Assembly (NCBI RefSeq): GCF_000008665.1
Contig: NC_000917.1
Location: forward strand, 150,001-182,000
From: Archaeoglobus fulgidus DSM 4304
Lineage (GTDB): Archaea > Halobacteriota > Archaeoglobi > Archaeoglobales > Archaeoglobaceae
Length of the DNA stretch: 32,000 bases
Direction: 5' to 3'
A program made the position numbers and the translations under genes. The notes beneath the pieces are model-generated. The model ran no database searches and had not been told where the DNA came from. It was given only the letters and a program-made list of their open reading frames with translations. Positions 27,761 to 32,000 of this stretch are shown one piece after another. Numbering within the stretch: the first letter of the stretch is position 1; every line of letters begins with the position of its first letter.

Positions 27761-28828
27761 TTGAGGATTGGAATTGTTGGTGTGGGTTTTAGTGAGTTTC
27801 GGATTCACGAGGAGCCCTTTTACAACGTGGCCTTTTTAGCTGCGAAAAGGGCTCTTGAGGATGCCGGAATTGAGAGGGGTGAGGTGGACAGCTTCATTCT
27901 TGGTGGTTACGACAACCTCGGGGTTGGGAGAACAATTTCGAACATGTACACAGCCCCTGCTGCTGGTGCGTATTTGAGGCATGAGATAAGGGTGAGCGAT
28001 GATGCTCTCTTCGCCCTTCCACTGGCCTTCATGAAGGTGAAGAGCGGCTCAGAGATTACGATGCTTCTCGCCTTCGGGCACAGCTCAGAAACGCCCATTG
28101 AGCTGGTTGAGCTGCAAAGCCTCGACCCCTTCTTCCACCGCCCTTTCAACCTCTCCCTGCCAGTCTTCTTCGCCATGCAGAGCTACGCTTACAGGGAGAG
28201 GTATGGCGTGAAGGAGGAAAAGATAGCCGAGGTTGTGGTAAGGATGAGGGAGAAGGGGGCGAAGAATCCAAGAGCCTACATAAGGGAGAAAGTAAGCGTT
28301 GAGGATGTTCTGAGCTCTGAAGTCGTTTCATCACCGCTGAGAAGGCTTGAAATGGCTGAGTGGTGTGATGGATGCGTTGCATTCATTCTTGCTGAGGAAA
28401 CGGTTGCGAGAAGGCTTTCCGACAGTCCAGTGTGGGTTAGCGGTCTTGGGTGGAGCGCTGAAAATTACTACTTCGACAGATCCCTGCATGACCTTCCTTT
28501 TGTTGCAAAAAGTGCGGAAATGGCCTTCAAAATGTCAGGAAAGGAGAGAAAAGACGTGGAAGCCTTAGAGATTTCCGATTTGACCGCTGATTATTACTGC
28601 ATGATTCTTGAGGCTCTTGGGTTTGCTGAGACGGGCAGAGGTTGGGAGTTCAATGGAGATGTCAATTTCTCAGGAGGAGCGCTATGCACCAACGCCTACG
28701 GCTCGACTGGAGCCTTCCTGCTCGCCAGCATCGTTGAGAGAATCAGGAAGGGAGAGATCGAGTGTGGGATGGCTCAATCGATGAGCGGCTACGCCCAGAA
28801 GTCTTGCGTTGCGATTTTGGAGGGATAA
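27761..28828 (+). CDS. SCP2-type thiolase-fold protein lacking the N-terminal nucleophilic Cys motif
   Basis: TTG start at 27761 after AGGTGATTAT gives LRIGIVGVGFSEFRIHEEPF; RVEEVVVRMREKGAKNPRAYI-type central block, NFSGGALCTNAYGSTGAFLLASIVE; ORF extends upstream to 27722. Confidence 0.85.
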   Translation: MRIGIVGVGFSEFRIHEEPFYNVAFLAAKRALEDAGIERGEVDSFILGGYDNLGVGRTISNMYTAPAAGAYLRHEIRVSDDALFALPLAFMKVKSGSEITMLLAFGHSSETPIELVELQSLDPFFHRPFNLSLPVFFAMQSYAYRERYGVKEEKIAEVVVRMREKGAKNPRAYIREKVSVEDVLSSEVVSSPLRRLEMAEWCDGCVAFILAEETVARRLSDSPVWVSGLGWSAENYYFDRSLHDLPFVAKSAEMAFKMSGKERKDVEALEISDLTADYYCMILEALGFAETGRGWEFNGDVNFSGGALCTNAYGSTGAFLLASIVERIRKGEIECGMAQSMSGYAQKSCVAILEG

Positions 28829-28829
28829 A

Positions 28830-29972
28830 ATGAGAGTTGCGGTTGTTGGATTCGGTCAAACTCCCTTCAGGACAAAGAGGAAGGATAAAACCCATCCGGA
28901 GCTTGCCTTCGAGGCAATAAATGCCGCCCTCGACCATGCTGGACTGGAGATGAAGGATGTCGAGGCAGTAGCTTACGGCTGTATGGACCCCTTCGACGGT
29001 ATCTACTGCCCTGAGAGGTGGGATGCTACTGCAGCGGGCCTCGAAAAGCCGATAATGAAGATTTCCACTGGTGGCACAACGGGAATGACCACAGCCTTGG
29101 CGGCATACGAGCACGTTGCCAGCGGGCTTTTTGATTTGGTAATGGCCGTCTGCGTGCAGAGGGTAGGGGAGTGCGTTGATGCGCAGCCCGTTCTCAACAC
29201 AGCAGTCGACCCCATTTACGAGAGACACTCAGGTCTGGGAGCCATTCACGTAGCCTCCTTTCAGGCCACAGCATATATGGCAAAGTATGGCGCAACTGAA
29301 GAGGACTTGGCGTGGGTGAGCGTCAAGGATCACAAAAATGCCCTCAAGAATCCCTACGCCCACATTAAGATGGATGTGAGCGTCGAGGGTGTTCTCAAAA
29401 GCAGGGTTGTCTGCTCTCCCCTCAAGCTGCTGGAGTGCTGTCCGAGGAGCGATGGTGCTGCTGCCGTCATCTTCGCTTCTGAAGATGTGGCGAGGAAGAT
29501 AAGGGACAATCCAGCTTGGGTTGTTGCGGAGACAACAATCAGCGACAGCTACTACCTCGGTGACAGGCCGAGCTTTGCCGAGTGGGATTCATTGGCAATA
29601 GCTGGCAGAAGGCTTTTCAAGGCTGCTGGAATTGAGCCAGATGAGATAGATGTTGCCGAGCTATACTCTCCCTTTACCATTCAGGAGATTCTGGAGCTGG
29701 AGGCTCTGGGCTTTGCCAAGAAGGGAGAGGGGAAGAACTTTGCGAGGGAGGGTGTAACCTTTGTGGATGGCGATTTTCCCACCAACCCCTCAGGAGGGGT
29801 GCTGTGCACAAATCCCATTGGAGCTACTGGCCTTGTGAGGTTTGGTGAAGCTGCCCTGCAGGTGATGAACGAGGCGAAAAATCAGGTTGATGGTGCTGAA
29901 GTTGCACTTGCACACGCATGGGGTGGGACTTTGCAGTTCCACACCCTCGCTTTGCTTTCTTCAAGGAGGTGA
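28830..29972 (+). CDS. SCP2-type thiolase-fold protein (acetyl-CoA acyltransferase/aldolase-like)
   Basis: MRVAVVGFGQTPFRTKRKDKTHPELAFEAINAAL, ISTGGTTGMTTALAAYEHVASG, ELYSPFTIQEILELEALGFAKKGEG, FPTNPSGGVLCTNPIGATG. Confidence 0.92.
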   Translation: MRVAVVGFGQTPFRTKRKDKTHPELAFEAINAALDHAGLEMKDVEAVAYGCMDPFDGIYCPERWDATAAGLEKPIMKISTGGTTGMTTALAAYEHVASGLFDLVMAVCVQRVGECVDAQPVLNTAVDPIYERHSGLGAIHVASFQATAYMAKYGATEEDLAWVSVKDHKNALKNPYAHIKMDVSVEGVLKSRVVCSPLKLLECCPRSDGAAAVIFASEDVARKIRDNPAWVVAETTISDSYYLGDRPSFAEWDSLAIAGRRLFKAAGIEPDEIDVAELYSPFTIQEILELEALGFAKKGEGKNFAREGVTFVDGDFPTNPSGGVLCTNPIGATGLVRFGEAALQVMNEAKNQVDGAEVALAHAWGGTLQFHTLALLSSRR

Positions 29973-29976
29973 TTTT

Positions 29977-30432
29977 ATGGATGTGATGGAGTTTGAGGTT
30001 TGGTGGAAGATTCCCTTCAAGCATTCTGCTGGCTTGCACGCCACGAAGTTCTTTCAGGGGCTGAAGGAGGGGAAGATTTTTGGAGTGAGATGTGATAGGT
30101 GCGGGAGAGTTCTCGTTCCCCCCAGAGCCTTCTGCGAGAGGTGCCATGTTGAAACCAAAGAATGGGTTGAGGTGAGCGATGAAGGCGTGGTTGAAACACT
30201 GACAGTAACCTACATGAAGTTTACTGGCTTACCTGACCCGCCTTACGCCATTGGTGTTGTCAGGCTCGATGGGGCAGATACGGGAATGCTCTGCTTTCTT
30301 GGCGGTGTTGACTTGTCAGACTGGAGGAAAATCCACGAGACATTCAAACCGGGAACGAGGGTTAAAGCAGTGTGGAAGGAGGAGAGGGAGGGGAAGATAA
30401 CGGACATCCAGTACTTTGAACCAGTGAAATAA
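29977..30432 (+). CDS. DUF35 / Zn-ribbon plus OB-fold acyl-CoA-associated protein
   Basis: CDRCGRVLVPPRAFCERC zinc ribbon followed by OB-like region; ATG 29977 preceded by AAGGAGGTG. Confidence 0.92.
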   Translation: MDVMEFEVWWKIPFKHSAGLHATKFFQGLKEGKIFGVRCDRCGRVLVPPRAFCERCHVETKEWVEVSDEGVVETLTVTYMKFTGLPDPPYAIGVVRLDGADTGMLCFLGGVDLSDWRKIHETFKPGTRVKAVWKEEREGKITDIQYFEPVK

Positions 30433-30504
30433 ACTTTCATTTTTTGCATGAAACGATATCAGCGCAAAGCAAAGTTTAAATCCTCAACAAATAATTCCTA
30501 ACGA

Positions 30505-31095
30505 ATGATAGACAGGATCATATCGAAGCTTGTCTCCGCTGGAGCAGACTTAAGCTCGAAAAACGCCATAAAGGCTGCCCTGAAAATTCTCGGGGAGGAC
30601 GAAGGGCTTGCGGACTACATTTACATTCTCGTAAAGAACAGAGCCTACAGGAAAGACTGGGCGGAGCTTCCTGTGGAAAAAAGGCTGATATTCCTGCCCC
30701 AGTGCCTCAGAAACTCGAAGAGCTGCCAGGCAGAGCTAACTGAGAAAGGATACATTTGCAAGAAGTGCGGGGGCTGCGATATAGCCGAAATTGTAGAGAC
30801 TGCGGAAGAGCTTGGGTATAAGCACGCCTACATAGTTCCCGGGGGAAGCATGATTTACAGAATCCTAAAAAGTCTGGATATGGGTTCCTTTGCGTGTCTC
30901 GGCGTTGCTTGTCTTCCTGAGCTTTGCGAGGCCAGTGAGAGGCTTACGCTGAAGGACATTCCACACCAGTGCGTCCCCCTTCGGAAAACAGGATGTGTGG
31001 ACACGGAGGTAGATGTCGAAGAGGTCAAGGCTTTTTTAAAAGCTGGTATAGAGCATGAAGAAGAAAAAGCTGGAAATAGTGCTGGAAAAAATTAA
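30505..31095 (+). CDS. DUF116 cysteine-rich protein
   Basis: FLPQCLRNSKSCQAELTEKGYICKKCGGCDIAEIVETAEELGYKHAYIVPGGSMIYRIL, VACLPELCEA. Confidence 0.85.
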   Translation: MIDRIISKLVSAGADLSSKNAIKAALKILGEDEGLADYIYILVKNRAYRKDWAELPVEKRLIFLPQCLRNSKSCQAELTEKGYICKKCGGCDIAEIVETAEELGYKHAYIVPGGSMIYRILKSLDMGSFACLGVACLPELCEASERLTLKDIPHQCVPLRKTGCVDTEVDVEEVKAFLKAGIEHEEEKAGNSAGKN

Positions 31096-31669
31096 GGGTT
31101 TTCAGAATCCGAAAATAGAGCTTGAGCAATACGTCACCCCACCTTCGCTTGCTGCCTTCATAGCAACCACAGCGGAACTTAACGGTGACCTCGACCTAAT
31201 CATCGATTTGGGGTGCGGTACGGGAATTCTGGCAATAGCTTGCTCACTGCTTGGCCACTACTCAGTTGGAGTTGATCTGGATGTTGAGGCATTGAAAATA
31301 GCGAGAGATAACGCAGCAGAGCTTGGGGTTGAGGCAGACTTCGTGAGGAGCGAGGTATCGAAATTCCGGTGCAAGAGGAAAGTTACAACTGTGATGAACC
31401 CTCCTTTCGGCATACAGAGAAAGCACGCGGACAGACCTTTTTTGCTCAAAGCCTTTGAGATTTCGAAGGTAATTTACACCGTTCACTCCGCAGGAAGCTC
31501 AAATTTCGTTCGAAAGCTTTCGGAAGAGCATGGCTTTAAAGTTACGTACCAGTGGAACTTCTCCATCCCCCTTAAGAGGACCTACTCTTTCCACGAAAAA
31601 GCATTTAAGTATATACCCGTAGAGGTGTTTAGGATTGAGAAACATGAGATTCGTAATGCCGGGAGATAG
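31055..31669 (+). CDS. METTL5-like SAM-dependent N6-adenine methyltransferase
   Basis: LEQYVTPPSLAAFIATTA, LIIDLGCGTGILAIACSLLG, catalytic MNPPFG motif, DRPFLLKAFEISKVIYTVHSAG. Confidence 0.9.
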   Translation: MKKKKLEIVLEKIKGFQNPKIELEQYVTPPSLAAFIATTAELNGDLDLIIDLGCGTGILAIACSLLGHYSVGVDLDVEALKIARDNAAELGVEADFVRSEVSKFRCKRKVTTVMNPPFGIQRKHADRPFLLKAFEISKVIYTVHSAGSSNFVRKLSEEHGFKVTYQWNFSIPLKRTYSFHEKAFKYIPVEVFRIEKHEIRNAGR

Positions 31670-32000
31670 GATAGGTTCTGCGGAGGAATACGTTAAAGGG
31701 GAGGGAGTTTACGAGGAGGGAGGAGAGCTTTTTGCCGCCGTTGCGGGAAAGCTCATCATCAAGGACAGAGTTGCAAAGGTGGAGAGCATCTCTCCGATCC
31801 CGGAGATAGTTAAGGGAGATGTTGTCCTCGGCAGAGTTGTGGACCTCAGAAACTCAATCGCTCTGATCGAAGTTTCAAGCAAAAAGGGAGAGAATAGGGG
31901 TCCGAGCAACAGGGGAATAGGAATTCTGCACGTCTCCAATGTCGATGAGGGATACGTAAAGGAAATTTCGGAAGCTGTGGGCTACCTCGACATTCTGAAG
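31656..32000 (+). CDS. csl4: Exosome RNA-binding subunit Csl4, 3'-truncated by window end
   Basis: Translation from ATG 31656: MPGDRIGSAEEYVKGEGVYEEGGELFAAVAGKLIIKDRVAKVESISPIPEIVKGDVVLGRVVDLRNSIALIEVSSKKG...GILHVSNVDEGYVKEISEAVGYLDILK; absent from the ORF track. Confidence 0.9.
   Translation, partial: MPGDRIGSAEEYVKGEGVYEEGGELFAAVAGKLIIKDRVAKVESISPIPEIVKGDVVLGRVVDLRNSIALIEVSSKKGENRGPSNRGIGILHVSNVDEGYVKEISEAVGYLDILK

Noticed and set aside
1-32000. CRISPR arrays, rRNA or tRNA genes
   Set aside because: No regularly spaced direct repeats and no rRNA or tRNA-like sequence recognised by eye; a tRNAscan or covariance-model search would be needed to exclude small RNAs.

Overview
This is a protein-dense archaeal window. 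Gene content, the IscS with Asp in place of the PLP lysine, and a 963-bp IS481-type element all point to Archaeoglobus fulgidus; that is inference, as no database search was run. Left to right it contains: (1) a PAS/DUF438-type sensor and a frameshifted sulfite-oxidase-fold gene, then a minus-strand membrane molybdoenzyme operon (Tat-type catalytic subunit, FeS subunit, NrfD-type anchor, TorD-type chaperone) with an upstream FmdE-like gene. (2) A DUF22-like repeat protein split by a frameshift. (3) A minus-strand sulfur-trafficking cluster at about 10.1-16.4 kb: tusA-like, dsrE-like, iscS, iscU, an HTH regulator, dsrE-like, an unknown 346-aa protein, SepCysS and a DUF169-like gene. A perfect 15-bp palindrome CTTAACATTGTTAAG sits just before both the tusA-like and SepCysS start codons, with a degenerate copy before the internal dsrE-like gene. 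The HTH gene appears to be missing a C-terminal TRASH-like cysteine domain encoded in another frame, absent from the supplied ORF track. (4) A decaying accessory segment at 16.4-20.4 kb: a Gly/Tyr/Met-rich gene remnant, a cytochrome c, a P1B-ATPase remnant, a transposase remnant, a complete IS481-family element with TIRs and a 15-bp target duplication, and a frameshifted ferritin-like gene. (5) A plus-strand acyl-CoA metabolism operon with two Cys-less thiolase-fold proteins plus a DUF35 protein. (6) DUF116, a METTL5-like methyltransferase and the start of exosome csl4. No CRISPR, rRNA or tRNA was recognised.
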